Source of the DNA: Longimicrobiales bacterium
GTDB lineage: Bacteria; Gemmatimonadota; Gemmatimonadetes; Longimicrobiales; Gaopeijiaceae
Direction: 5' to 3'
Assembly: GCA_965116905.1 (NCBI GenBank)
Contig: OZ220732.1
Coordinates: 704,001-768,000 of the forward strand
DNA length: 64,000 bases
The stretch's first letter is position 1. Every line of letters begins with the position of its first letter. Below, piece by piece: positions 39,085-48,933 of this stretch. Both the position numbers and the translations under genes were made by a program. The notes under the pieces were generated by a model that was given only the letters and a program-made list of their open reading frames with translations, had not been told where the DNA came from and did not search any database.

Positions 39085-39375
39085 CTACCCGATCAGTTCG
39101 ATCCTCAGATTCAGGCCGAGCACGTTCGCAGCCGCGGCGAGCGTGTCCAGGCGAATGTGGTCGTTGTCCGGGTCGAGAATCCTGTCCAGCTGGCTCCGGC
39201 TCGTCTGCATCGCTCGAGCCATGGCGCTCTTGCTGATCTGCTGCCTTTCCATGGCCTGCTCCAACTGCCAGGCCAGCACGCGTTTGATAGCACTGGTATT
39301 GGTCTCTTCGAGGGTTCCCTGCTCGGCCAGATAGTCCTCGAAGGAGGAGCCGATCCGTCCCTTCGTCTGCGTCAT
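39085..39375 (-). CDS. XRE/HTH antitoxin
   Basis: IGSSFEDYL...ISKSAMARAMQTSRSQLDRILDP. Confidence 0.85.
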   Translation of the reverse strand: MTQTKGRIGSSFEDYLAEQGTLEETNTSAIKRVLAWQLEQAMERQQISKSAMARAMQTSRSQLDRILDPDNDHIRLDTLAAAANVLGLNLRIELIG

Positions 39376-39719
39376 GACGTGATTTCCATTGCTCGTTGCC
39401 TCGCCAGCTCCAGGTCTCTTTTCGGGATCTTCCGTGTTTTCTTCACGAAGCCATGTAGCAACACCATACGGGCAGCGTGGACCACAAAGATCACCCGCGC
39501 AATGCGCCTTCCGGTAAGGTTCGAGCGCACCTCCCAGAGTCCGTCGCCCAGAGTCCGGCACAGCGGCATCCCGATCGGCCAGCCAAACTCCGCAGTGGCT
39601 ATGTCCCGTCCGACGATACGCCTGCTTTCCGGGTCCAGGGCGAGAAGCCAATCCCGGACTGGCTCCTTCCCGCTGGAGCTTCGATAGAATGCGGCCGGTA
39701 TCCTCTTGAGTGACGCCAA
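39372..39719 (-). CDS. RelE/ParE (Gp49-like) toxin
   Basis: FYRSSSGKEPVRDWL, GLWEVR and LLHGFVKKT; overlaps the antitoxin start. Confidence 0.85.
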   Translation of the reverse strand: MASLKRIPAAFYRSSSGKEPVRDWLLALDPESRRIVGRDIATAEFGWPIGMPLCRTLGDGLWEVRSNLTGRRIARVIFVVHAARMVLLHGFVKKTRKIPKRDLELARQRAMEITS

Positions 39720-39785
39720 GCGTACCTCACAAAGTACAGTGTACCATATATCGTACAATCCGTCAATCGAAGACCGATCGTCCTG

Positions 39786-40148
39786 GTGATCGGCGAACCA
39801 GCGCAACCTATGCCAGTCGATTCACTATCCGATCAGCGAATGGGGCGAGAGCTGGAGGGTCGTCGGCCGCCTGGACGGCTGGGCGGAGACTCGGCGGGCG
39901 CACGATCCTTCACGTTGCTACATGAACTCGCTCATCTGTGGCTCCGCGAGCCCGGTGTGAGCGCGGGCGATCCGACGGATCCCGTCGAGGTATACTGCAA
40001 CAGGGTGGCCTCCAGCTTCCTGCTGCCGCAAAACGAACTCGACAGAGAGGATCGGCTGGAGGCATCGGGATCGCTTACCGCCACGAAGGTCGGGAAGGTC
40101 CTGGGCGTCAACCCGCGCAATGCCCACGCGATCTTGCCAGCCGGGTGA
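39786..40148 (+). pseudogene. ImmA/IrrE metallopeptidase remnant
   Basis: ARSFTLLHELAHLW...EVYCNRVASSFLLP, without N-terminal HTH and with an internal deletion. Confidence 0.65.
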
Positions 40149-40178
40149 CAGAGCCGTCACTCACTGGGTCGGGCACGC

Positions 40179-41663
40179 TCACGGCACCTGCCATCTCCCG
40201 CGGCGCAGCAATTCGCCGCTGCCCGCCCCGGCCAGGATCTCTCCGTCCTCGTACACCACGTCGCCCCGGCGCAGCGTCATCACGGGCCAGCCCGTGACTT
40301 CCCACCCCGTGTAGACCGAGAAGCCGGCTCCGGAGAACATGTCCTCGTCGCGGATGGTTCGCGTCTCGTCCGGATCCCAGAGGACGATATCGGCGTCGGA
40401 GCCCACGGCGATCGTGCCCTTTTGCGGGTAGAGGCCGAAGAGCCTGGCCGCGTTGGTCGAGGTCACCGCCACGAAGCGCTCCTCGGAGATGCGCCCCTTG
40501 ACGACGCCCTCGGAATAGAGCATCGGCCGCACCACCTGGAGATTGCTCAGGCCGGCGCGGTGACGGGAGATGGTCTGCGACGGGTCCATCTTCTCGTCGC
40601 GGCGATACGCGACATGGTCCGTGGCGAGCACGTCCACCGATCCGCTGGCGATGCCCGCCCACAGCGCGTCCTGGTCACGCTGCTCACGGAGCGGCGGCTG
40701 CCCCACGTAGAGCCCGCGGTCGGGGCCCTCGAAGCGCTCGCGCGTGAAGTGGAGGTAGATGGGCCGGGTCTCGACGAAGACGCTGAGCCCGCGGTTCCGA
40801 GCGTCCTGCAGCACCCGCAGTGCGCCTTCGGAGGAAACGTGAACCGCGTAGATGGGCGCGCCAGTGGCCTCGGCCATGGCGACCGCACGCTGGGTGGCCA
40901 CCACCTCGGCAAGCACCGGACGGCTGTCCGGGAAGTACTCGAGCGAGGTGCGCCCGGCGGCCGTCAACTCCCCGACCGCGTGGGCCAGGATGGGCCAGTC
41001 CTCGCAGTGCACCATGGTCAGGATCCCGTTGCGCCCGGCCGCTTCCATGGTCGCTATGTAGTCGGGCACTGCGGCGTCGAACACGGTCCACACCATGAAG
41101 ACCTTGGTGCTGGTCTGGCCGGTTTCGGCGGCCAGGGTGGCCATCTGGCCTGCCTGGGTCTCGGGGGTGATGCCCGCGTGAAGGATGACGTCCGCGATCG
41201 CCTGCTCGCGGATGAGCGCCGCCTCGCGCTCGATGGCCTGCGCGAGGCTTCGCCCCTGGGCGTGCCAGGCGAAGTTCGAGATGGTGGTGATGCCTCCCGC
41301 GAGCGCCGCCTGCGACCCCGTGCGGTAGTCGTCGCGGGTGCTTCCCCCCAGGTGTACGTGGGGATCCACCCCGCCCGGCATCACCAGCAACCCGGTGGCA
41401 TCGATGGCGCGGGCGCCGTCCCCCGCCGCCAATCCGGTCCCGATCTCGACGATGATCCCATCCCGCACGCGCACGTCCGCGTCGAATCGCCCCTCCGAGG
41501 TGACCACGGTGCCCCCGCTGATGAGGATCTCTTGCGCGGCCAGGTCGGGTGCGAACGCTTCCGCCGCCAACAGGCCGGCCAAGAGGGCGGGGAGAGCCAT
41601 TCCCGGTGAGGGGACGGTGCCGATGCGGGTGGCGTGGCTCGGCAGGCGGGTCATCGCGTCCAT
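40179..41663 (-). CDS. Dihydropyrimidinase/hydantoinase-like amidohydrolase with N-terminal signal-like segment
   Basis: PGGVDPHVH, AALAGGITT, MVHCED, VHVSS, PPLR, ATDH and GSDADIVLWDP. Confidence 0.88.
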   Translation of the reverse strand: MDAMTRLPSHATRIGTVPSPGMALPALLAGLLAAEAFAPDLAAQEILISGGTVVTSEGRFDADVRVRDGIIVEIGTGLAAGDGARAIDATGLLVMPGGVDPHVHLGGSTRDDYRTGSQAALAGGITTISNFAWHAQGRSLAQAIEREAALIREQAIADVILHAGITPETQAGQMATLAAETGQTSTKVFMVWTVFDAAVPDYIATMEAAGRNGILTMVHCEDWPILAHAVGELTAAGRTSLEYFPDSRPVLAEVVATQRAVAMAEATGAPIYAVHVSSEGALRVLQDARNRGLSVFVETRPIYLHFTRERFEGPDRGLYVGQPPLREQRDQDALWAGIASGSVDVLATDHVAYRRDEKMDPSQTISRHRAGLSNLQVVRPMLYSEGVVKGRISEERFVAVTSTNAARLFGLYPQKGTIAVGSDADIVLWDPDETRTIRDEDMFSGAGFSVYTGWEVTGWPVMTLRRGDVVYEDGEILAGAGSGELLRRGRWQVP

Positions 41664-41783
41664 GAGGTCGAACCATGAGGCGTGTTCGGCCGTGTGACAA
41701 GGCCATCGGGCGACTGGGGCCCCTTGACTCGTTCACACCAAAACGGTACGATGGGTCGCAATTGAGATACAGGAGCTTATCGC

Positions 41784-42065
41784 GTGAAGACACAGAGTTC
41801 GATGGTGCATGTCCGGATGGACACCGAGATGAAACGGAAGGCGACAGAAGCGCTCGCGGCGATGGGCCTGACGGCCTCGGAGGCCGTGCGGCTCCTGTTC
41901 CATCGCATTGCCGTCGACCAGGCGTTCCCGCTCGAACTGAAGGTTCCAAACGCGGAAACGCGAGCCGCCATGGCCGAGATCGACGAAATGGTCAACACGC
42001 GCGCGGCGCGATTCGCGAGCGCGGACGAGCTGTTTGCAGAGCTTGAAGAAGCCTCCGACCGGTAA
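41784..42065 (+). CDS. dinJ: RelB/DinJ-family antitoxin, copy 2
   Basis: Near-identical to 27620..27901. Confidence 0.88.
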   Translation: MKTQSSMVHVRMDTEMKRKATEALAAMGLTASEAVRLLFHRIAVDQAFPLELKVPNAETRAAMAEIDEMVNTRAARFASADELFAELEEASDR

Positions 42066-42369
42066 GCGGGCCAAGCCGCCACGCCGGGTCGACTACTCCC
42101 GAAGGTTCCTGAAGGACTGGAAGCGTCTCTCGCGTTCCGGCCGATACGACATGCGTCGGCTGAAGACGGCCATGCTCATTCTCATCGCCAACGATGCCCC
42201 ACTCGGTCCTGAATGGCGGGATCACGCGCTCAAGGGCTCATGGGCGAGCTACCGGGAATGTCACGTCGGCGGTGACTTCCTCCTCATCTATCGCATTGAC
42301 GATACAGACGGGCCAACCGGCTCCGTTTACTTTGCCCGCGCTGGCACGCATGCCCAGCTGTTCGAATGA
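42034..42369 (+). CDS. yafQ: YafQ-family toxin, copy 2
   Basis: Near-identical to 27870..28205. Confidence 0.88.
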   Translation: MQSLKKPPTGKRAKPPRRVDYSRRFLKDWKRLSRSGRYDMRRLKTAMLILIANDAPLGPEWRDHALKGSWASYRECHVGGDFLLIYRIDDTDGPTGSVYFARAGTHAQLFE

Positions 42370-42456
42370 CCAGGCAGATACGGGCCACATTCTGTCCGGC
42401 GACCGTCGACCTGGACCTGAGACGGGGGTATAGCCGGGTGGGACGCGGCGGGCATG

Positions 42457-42933
42457 CTATCGGGGCTCAAGCACAATGACATCCACCCCTTCGACATCCT
42501 TGAGGTGGAGTTCGATCAACTTCCTGACGGTAGGCCACTTGAGTTTCCCGAGTCCGCACCCGAGCGCCGGAATGGCGATGGAGTCGATTCCCCGCCATGC
42601 ATCATCCGTTTTCAGGTAGCGAATGAGCTTTGCCAATGTGGCCAGTCCACGTTCCACGTTTTCCAGGCGGCTATTGTCCTTCCAGTGATCCTTGGTCGCA
42701 AAGTTGATGATGTAGCTCGGCCCTTCTCCCTTGTTCTCGTGCACGAACAGGTGACCCGGCTTCATGCTTCCCTCGCGGCACCGCTCCTGGTATTCCTGGA
42801 AGTTCTCCGGAAACCTGTTCTTGAACTGCAGTGCGAGTCCCCGTCCCATGACGCCTCTGCAGTTCACGGAGTTGACCATGGCGTCTACGTCCGGGGCAAA
42901 CGTGAATATGTCACCCTTCTCGACCCTGATCAT
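42457..42933 (-). CDS. Macro domain protein (DarG N-terminal-like)
   Basis: GDIF, VNSVNCRGVMGRGLALQFK, IINFATKDHW and SIAIPALGCGLGKL. Confidence 0.88.
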   Translation of the reverse strand: MIRVEKGDIFTFAPDVDAMVNSVNCRGVMGRGLALQFKNRFPENFQEYQERCREGSMKPGHLFVHENKGEGPSYIINFATKDHWKDNSRLENVERGLATLAKLIRYLKTDDAWRGIDSIAIPALGCGLGKLKWPTVRKLIELHLKDVEGVDVIVLEPR

Positions 42934-43169
42934 GTCTTCATATCCCCCCCGATGTTCAGGACGGGGAAGGCCCCGCCGGTAGCAGCGAATAATAACATGG
43001 CCGCTTTGGCCGGACGGATTGGCGACAAGAGCGAGCGACTGGTACCAGATCGACGAAGTCGAGCGGGTCGAAAAACTGATTGGCGTCCACCCGCGTAGGA
43101 CAACTGACGAACCCGGCAAACGGGCCGGAACGTTCACCCAGCCGACCGCGGCTGAATGGGAGGTGTGTG

Positions 43170-43814
43170 ATGATCGAAGACATCAGGACTGCCGCAAGCG
43201 GATTCGTACTGCGCTGGACCGTTCTCTGCGGGCTCGGTCTGGCGGGCGGGCTGGCCGTCGGCCTGGGCCTGGCAGCACCGGTCGAGGCGATCGTGGGCAT
43301 GATGTTGGTGACGCCCGTCACCCTGGGGTTGGCCGGTTCGATGTTCGGCGGCGCCCAGTGGCTGGCCCTGGGAAGGAACCCGCGGTTCGGCGCGTTATGG
43401 ATCGGGGCCTCAGGTCTCGGCCTCGGTGTCGGCATGACCGTCGGCATCGTGCTGGTCGAGGTGCTCGGCCAGGCGCTGACCGGCGAGCCGATGCGTCTGG
43501 CCACGCTCGACATGCTCGGCCGACTCGGCGGGTTGACGTTCGTCGGGGCGTTCGCCGGCCTTGGGCTGGGCGCCGCGCAGTGGCTGGCGCTCCGCCCGGC
43601 GGCCTCGATGGCCCGGCGGTGGATCCTCTTGTGCGTCGCCGGATTCGGCATCGGACTGCCCGCCGGCAGCCTGGCCGCGGAACTCGTGGGAGGACTCCAG
43701 AGCCCGGTTGGCTTCGCCGCCTTCCTGGCAGTCGCCGGATTGACACTGGGAGTGTTCACGGCCAGGAGCGGGGCGGCGATTGCCGCCGGACTCGCGCCTC
43801 GACGCGCGGATTGA
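43170..43814 (+). CDS. Gly-rich multi-pass membrane protein
   Basis: GGAGG RBS; two GxAQWLAL repeats and hydrophobic helices. Confidence 0.7.
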   Translation: MIEDIRTAASGFVLRWTVLCGLGLAGGLAVGLGLAAPVEAIVGMMLVTPVTLGLAGSMFGGAQWLALGRNPRFGALWIGASGLGLGVGMTVGIVLVEVLGQALTGEPMRLATLDMLGRLGGLTFVGAFAGLGLGAAQWLALRPAASMARRWILLCVAGFGIGLPAGSLAAELVGGLQSPVGFAAFLAVAGLTLGVFTARSGAAIAAGLAPRRAD

Positions 43815-44086
43815 ACCGGCGGTGGGTCTCTGGTGGGAGAAGGGGTAGAGGACGATCACGCGGCCCTGGCCCGCTCGCGACGCGCCTTCACCGCGACTTG
43901 TGGACGGCGAGTGAACCAAAGACTCCACGATCACACCTATCGCGGTCCGACCACGCCGGCCGTCTCGGCCCTCCTCAACCTTGCGGTCCACCACGGCCGA
44001 TAAGACACGAATCTTACAGGAGCCCGGCGGCTCGCGCGGGTGTTCGGTAGGCGCCGGGGAACAGTCGTCGCTCGGCACGGGCACAG

Positions 44087-45086
44087 TCAACGCCGCGGAT
44101 CCGACAGTCTTGGTTCCAGTAGATGCAGGTACGGCACGCCCTCTTCCGTCTCATGGTAGGCAACGACGTACCGGGAACCCTTTGCGAAGCCGAGCAGGTA
44201 CCCGTCGGTGTGGTGACGGGCGATCGTGAGACCCGTTTCGGGATCGATCAGGTCCACCCATCCGTCGTGTTCGAGACGCGGTGGCACTGTCGCGCTCGGG
44301 GTTCCCGCAGGGCTGCGCCGCGTCCAATCGGGATCCGGAGTGGTCCAAACAAGCCACAATCCATCGGGATCCAGCATGAGCCCCCGGTTCCGCGAGCTGG
44401 GGAACGTATTCCCATCCGGAGCGTCGTCGTCGAAGGCCTTGACCCGCCGCTGGAACTCCCCTGTCAGCCTGGGCCTGGACTCCATGCTCCAGCGGCTCAG
44501 GATGTTGGCATCGGCTCGGATGGTCCAGACGGTGTCCCCTCCATCCCCCGTCAGCTTGTAGGAGGTCGAGGAAGGGCCTCGGTACACGCCGCCTTCGTCG
44601 CCGAAGGACTTCATCTCTCCCGATGGTGTCAGGACGTGGAACCTGTAGCCAACGGCAGTCGGTGTGGGCACGTCCGCGCTGAGCACGACATCATCGGAAT
44701 CCATTACGAAGGTGTCGATTGGCTGGCCCGGGTATTGGTCGATCCTCACGACATCGAAGTCGTAGTCGAGCACCGCCGTCCGCGGCGATGGTCGAAGACG
44801 TGGACTCCGGTTGACGTATGTCGCTGACGATGATCCGGCCCAGGCGGTCGACAGCCACTCTTGAGAAACGAAAAACGACGTGAAGTCCCGGCCCGTCGAG
44901 TCCGCCGATCGTCGCCACCGTGTCGAGCGTGATCCGGCAGGTCGCGCAAGCTACTTCGCCGGACACGAGCTGGCGTTCCTGCGCTGGCAGCGGCGGCGGC
45001 GCGGCGTGCAGGCCGAGTAAAGCGAGGAGGCAGGGGGCGATCATCATGCGACTGCAGCGCGGTCGAAAGCGCTCTCGGAAACTCAA
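44087..45086 (-). pseudogene. Beta-propeller-type secreted protein, frameshifted near 44800
   Basis: ORF 44691..45086 (signal, CATCRITLDTVATIGG) and ORF 44087..44773 (C-terminal part ending ETEEGVPYLHL) are in different frames. Confidence 0.65.
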
Positions 45087-45282
45087 CTTCGTGCCTCCCC
45101 TCGTCGCTGCTTGCTTACCGGAAGGCTCATCCTACTGAACGATGTCTTGGCCATGTCAGGTTTGAGCGGGTCAGACGGCGTTGGGCGTAGGGCTGGTCGC
45201 AAAGCTCCGACGCGTCGCGTTGCGCGATCCCCGGGTTGACCACTCCGGACAGGGTGCTCAAAGACCGGAGGCCGTCGTTGCC

Positions 45283-47031
45283 CTAGGACGCTTGGCCCGC
45301 AACAACCCGACTAACCACCGCCCTCGGGACGTCCAGCTCATCAGTACGGCGCAACAAGACGACATCTCCCTTCGCGTCGAGTAGCCGTTCATCGGCGTCC
45401 AGCCTGACTCTGAAGAGCGCCGTGGCCGGCTCCAGGTCCCATGCGCGCCACGTCACACTGTCCTGATCGGTGAAGTGGTAGTCGCGCACCCAGAGCCTCT
45501 TGTCGAAGTCGATGAAGACCGAATCGATCGGCGGTGCCAGTTCATTCGCCGGCCACAGGTTCATCGCCAAGGGGGACGCGTCGACGGCGGCCATCTCCTC
45601 TTCGGACCAGACCGTGCTCAGCAACTCGGCGTGCCTGGACGGCATTGCAGCCATGTACTCGCGCGCCACGCGCAGCTGATTCGCCGACACGCGAGTCGGC
45701 GGCGGCATCGGGATGCGGCCGACCTCGCTGCCGTCCCACCTGAACACTTGGATGGCTTCCTGATCGGTCTCGGCAATGACGAAATGATCTGCGGAGGCAG
45801 CCATCAACGACCGGTGCCCGAAAAGTACGCCGCCGCTGGCGTCAGTTCCGTAGTAGTGCTCGTAGCCCTTGGTCTGGGCGACGATCTCAAGTTTACCTTC
45901 GTCGTTCACAGCAACATACTCGACCGAGTCCCATGTCCGCCCCCGGAAGTCCCCGAAGGCCCTGGATTCCGAGTCACCGAACACAATGCGACCGTCCCGA
46001 TGAACCGCTACCGGGGGCACAGATAGCGAGCCTTTGAATGGGACAGCCTGATAGCTCAGGTCGCGCAGAAAGGCACCGTCGTGGTCAAGCGACACGACGC
46101 GACGCCGGAGTATGTCCCAGAGCGCGATGCCCTGCGGACCACGCAAGGCACGGGAGATGCGGCCGAATTCGCGTGGGCCGCCACCCTCCCTGCCGAAACC
46201 CCGGATCTCTCCCGATGCCATGTTCACGAAGTGGACTTCGGTCCGCTCCACCAATGCCAATCCATCGCCGGGAAGGAAGAATCCGGCGGTAATGAAAGAC
46301 AACGCGTCGGCCAAGTCCGGATGTTCCGATGTGTCGAAAGTCGATACGCCGGGAACCAGAAGCTGGACCCCGGGGTCTGGCGCGCCGGCAACGGCCGCTA
46401 CGGCAGCCGCCAAGTCCCCTGGGTGCAACGCTCTCTCCGAGACAAAGGTAGGAGTTCCAGGGATCTCAAGGATGCTCGCCAGAGCCACGTCTCGCGCCAG
46501 ACGATTCTGGCTCTCGTCGCCACCCATGCAGGCGACGTACGACCGAAAGTCGCTGATCCCCAAGCTCTGTGCGAAGCGAGTCCAATCCCGATCGTCGAGC
46601 CATGTCTGATCGGCAAGCAGCGATTCGTGGGCCTCCCGAAACAGCCCGAATTTCTCGGCGCAAATGGCAGCCAAGGCGGCTTCAGTGGCGGCAGCCCCAC
46701 CGTTTGACGGGACATGCCGTACGACCACAGTGAGGTCCTCCTGGCTCACAGCCTCCAACACGGCTGGCGCCAATCTTCGGCACACCTCGCACTCGTAGTC
46801 GATGAACTCTACGATGACGCCTCCTGAGGAGGACTGTCCGAGGCGGCTTGGTGCTTCCACCAAAGTGTTCCAGTTGCGAGAGACTCGGCGCTGCTCGTCC
46901 CACCCGCGGTACGTTGAGCCAATCCACCGCCCGACCACACCGGACGGATTCAGTAGCAGGAACGCGAGAGTAACGACTATCGCAATGTTGGCGACCCGGT
47001 TCCAGCGGTCGCGCTTGTCTCGGTCACTCAC
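45283..47031 (-). CDS. DsbA/thioredoxin-domain protein fused to a beta-propeller domain
   Basis: TM anchor, IVEFIDYECEVC, AALAAICA, IPGTPTF, then FGREGGGPREF and RRTDELDVP. Confidence 0.82.
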   Translation of the reverse strand: MSDRDKRDRWNRVANIAIVVTLAFLLLNPSGVVGRWIGSTYRGWDEQRRVSRNWNTLVEAPSRLGQSSSGGVIVEFIDYECEVCRRLAPAVLEAVSQEDLTVVVRHVPSNGGAAATEAALAAICAEKFGLFREAHESLLADQTWLDDRDWTRFAQSLGISDFRSYVACMGGDESQNRLARDVALASILEIPGTPTFVSERALHPGDLAAAVAAVAGAPDPGVQLLVPGVSTFDTSEHPDLADALSFITAGFFLPGDGLALVERTEVHFVNMASGEIRGFGREGGGPREFGRISRALRGPQGIALWDILRRRVVSLDHDGAFLRDLSYQAVPFKGSLSVPPVAVHRDGRIVFGDSESRAFGDFRGRTWDSVEYVAVNDEGKLEIVAQTKGYEHYYGTDASGGVLFGHRSLMAASADHFVIAETDQEAIQVFRWDGSEVGRIPMPPPTRVSANQLRVAREYMAAMPSRHAELLSTVWSEEEMAAVDASPLAMNLWPANELAPPIDSVFIDFDKRLWVRDYHFTDQDSVTWRAWDLEPATALFRVRLDADERLLDAKGDVVLLRRTDELDVPRAVVSRVVAGQAS

Positions 47032-47067
47032 GCATCAAGCCTGACGTCGATGGATCACGATGGTCAA

Positions 47068-47265
47068 CTACTCTTCGGGGCATTTTATCCCAGACCCGCG
47101 TGCGTGGCCGATTGGACACACCCATGCGATGCATTCGTCGTCCGTACATGTCATGCAGCCACTGGTGTGGGTCTTGCAATCCTTTTGCTGAGCGTGGACA
47201 GGCTTCGCTTCCATTGAGAGCAGGCCAACCAGGAGCAAGCCGAGGATCTGGAGGGTGCGGTTCAT
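47068..47265 (-). CDS. Secreted 6-Cys peptide (65 aa)
   Basis: AGGAG RBS, ATG at 47265, signal peptide ending VHA, core CKTHTSGCMTCTDDECIAWVCPIGHARGSGIKC. Confidence 0.78.
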   Translation of the reverse strand: MNRTLQILGLLLVGLLSMEAKPVHAQQKDCKTHTSGCMTCTDDECIAWVCPIGHARGSGIKCPEE

Positions 47266-47313
47266 GGGGTTTCTCCTTCTGCGTTGGTGGGGATGGACAT
47301 CCCACTGGTTACC

Positions 47314-47690
47314 GAGTGGCGACTCTCGCCCCTCTATATATCTGACAGTTCTCGCGGCGGAAATGTGCAATCGGGCTGCGAACGACCCCCGATCACCGCA
47401 GGTCAGTTCCTCCCCCGGTGAGCGCTCGGGCCACCTCGGCAAGGCCGGCGCCATGACCATCGGTCACGACCCGCCCCTCCTGGTCCAGCGCGACTATCCA
47501 TGGGGTCCGTCGCGCCAGAATGGCGGCCTCCGGCTCCCCTGCAGGGTGCTCCAGGGACAGAACGTCAACGGGCCAACGGTGCTCCCTTGCGAAGTCGATC
47601 GCATCGGCCAGGGTCCCGTCAGGGTGCCTCACGGGAACTGACGACAGATTGTAGCCAATCGGAATCGGGTCGGCCTCGCGCCGCGCCTTC
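47314..47690. repeat. Diverged duplicate of 50650..51160 with a 150-bp internal deletion
   Basis: Long near-identical stretches from gagtggcgactctcgcccctctat to gcatcggccaggg, then a jump to tcccgtc. Confidence 0.9.
47338..47370 (-). promoter_or_regulatory. Putative ECF promoter TTGCAC-N17-TGTCA, site A
   Basis: Minus strand ttgcacatttccgccgcgagaactgtcagata upstream of peptide gene 47265. Confidence 0.6.
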
Positions 47691-47704
47691 CGGTCTCCAA
47701 TCAA
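47393..47704 (-). pseudogene. Truncated copy of the thioredoxin-fold gene lacking signal and active-site segment
   Basis: Matches 50739..51299 except for 50 missing residues including FDPDCAHT. Confidence 0.8.
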
Positions 47705-47724
47705 CTCCAGGTTATCACAACAAT

Positions 47725-48933
47725 TCAGCTGAACGGTACCAGTCTGCGTCCCTGGACCTGTCCGGCGAACCGTCTGTCTACGTGCAGTCCCCAGACATGC
47801 GTGGACGTAGCATCGCGAAGCATGAATTGTTCCGGCAAAAGGACGCGACGTGGTGGCGACTTTGGCTGCGCGCGGTCGATGGCATACCAGACGGCCATCG
47901 AGTCGTTCGGTTCGTTACTTCGAAGCCATACTTCGTTTGACGCTGTTGCCACAACAGCGGTAACGGGTGGCAGGTGATCGGGAATGTGGAGGGCCGCTTC
48001 GACCAGGTCATGGAGAGTCGAAGTCGCCAGAGAGTCGTCGCTCGACCGCAGCCTTCGAGATATGCTTTGCATGTGCGACGCGACGACCGTCTCGACGCGC
48101 TCCCGGTCCAGAAGCGACAACGGCAACTGTAGTCGTGCTTCTAGCACGGTATCTTGGCCCGGCACCACCTCGACCACCCCGACCTCGCCTGTACCCATGT
48201 TCCTGTTCACGATTCCCACCGCACCCGCCTGCCGGTTCCAGTACATCAAGTCATGATCGGCAAATGGCTGGCCGGAGAACACCTGGTTTCGACGCACCGA
48301 GATGCCCAAGGTCCGCCCGGAAGAGTCAAACATGGCCACCGTATCGGCCACCCATTCATCGTCGGCCAGCCGAAGATGCGCCGCAGCAACCTGCCAACCG
48401 GGGTGTCCCAACTCCCAGCTGAACACCCGGTGCGGAAAGGGAAACCGCCCGCGGGCAAGCAGGGTCCCATCGCCGAGAACTACGATACCCCCCTGGAGCC
48501 ATTGGTCGGGCGGGCTTCGCATCGTCCGCACAAGACGACCATCGAGCAGGAATCGCCCAAACCCGCGATCATATTGGACCCAAAGCCCGGTCGAATCCAG
48601 CTGGACGTTTCGAGGGTTACCCAATTGTGCGACATCGTCTCGAGGCCACAATTCCAACACGGGCTCACCCAAGTGACGCGAATCCCAAACCGTGACCCTG
48701 CGAGGCTGAAGGACAGCGATCATGGTGCCGGTGCTGGTGGAGCGCACGTTCTGTAGAAACGGCAACGCGTTATCGGTCCCCGGCTCTCCTCCGATGACCT
48801 TGTCGTATTGCGTTGACCAGTCCTGTGGTACAGCACGGGCATTTGCCTCAACAGGCTTCCCAACACCGATGGTGTAGAACAATGCGGCAAACCAGAGCCA
48901 CATGAGGCGTCCCGTTGTTCCTTTGCCGATCAA
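47725..48933 (-). CDS. Divergent beta-propeller-type secreted protein
   Basis: Signal peptide; C-terminus EVWLRS...WYAID...RRVLLP resembles the neighbour 48930..50171. Confidence 0.7.
   Translation of the reverse strand: MIGKGTTGRLMWLWFAALFYTIGVGKPVEANARAVPQDWSTQYDKVIGGEPGTDNALPFLQNVRSTSTGTMIAVLQPRRVTVWDSRHLGEPVLELWPRDDVAQLGNPRNVQLDSTGLWVQYDRGFGRFLLDGRLVRTMRSPPDQWLQGGIVVLGDGTLLARGRFPFPHRVFSWELGHPGWQVAAAHLRLADDEWVADTVAMFDSSGRTLGISVRRNQVFSGQPFADHDLMYWNRQAGAVGIVNRNMGTGEVGVVEVVPGQDTVLEARLQLPLSLLDRERVETVVASHMQSISRRLRSSDDSLATSTLHDLVEAALHIPDHLPPVTAVVATASNEVWLRSNEPNDSMAVWYAIDRAQPKSPPRRVLLPEQFMLRDATSTHVWGLHVDRRFAGQVQGRRLVPFS

Noticed and set aside
42457..43137. Complete DarTG system
   Set aside because: No DarT-like ORF is adjacent.
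27595..43814. Integron cassette array
   Set aside because: Genes have mixed orientation, and no integrase or recurring attC-like sites were recognised.
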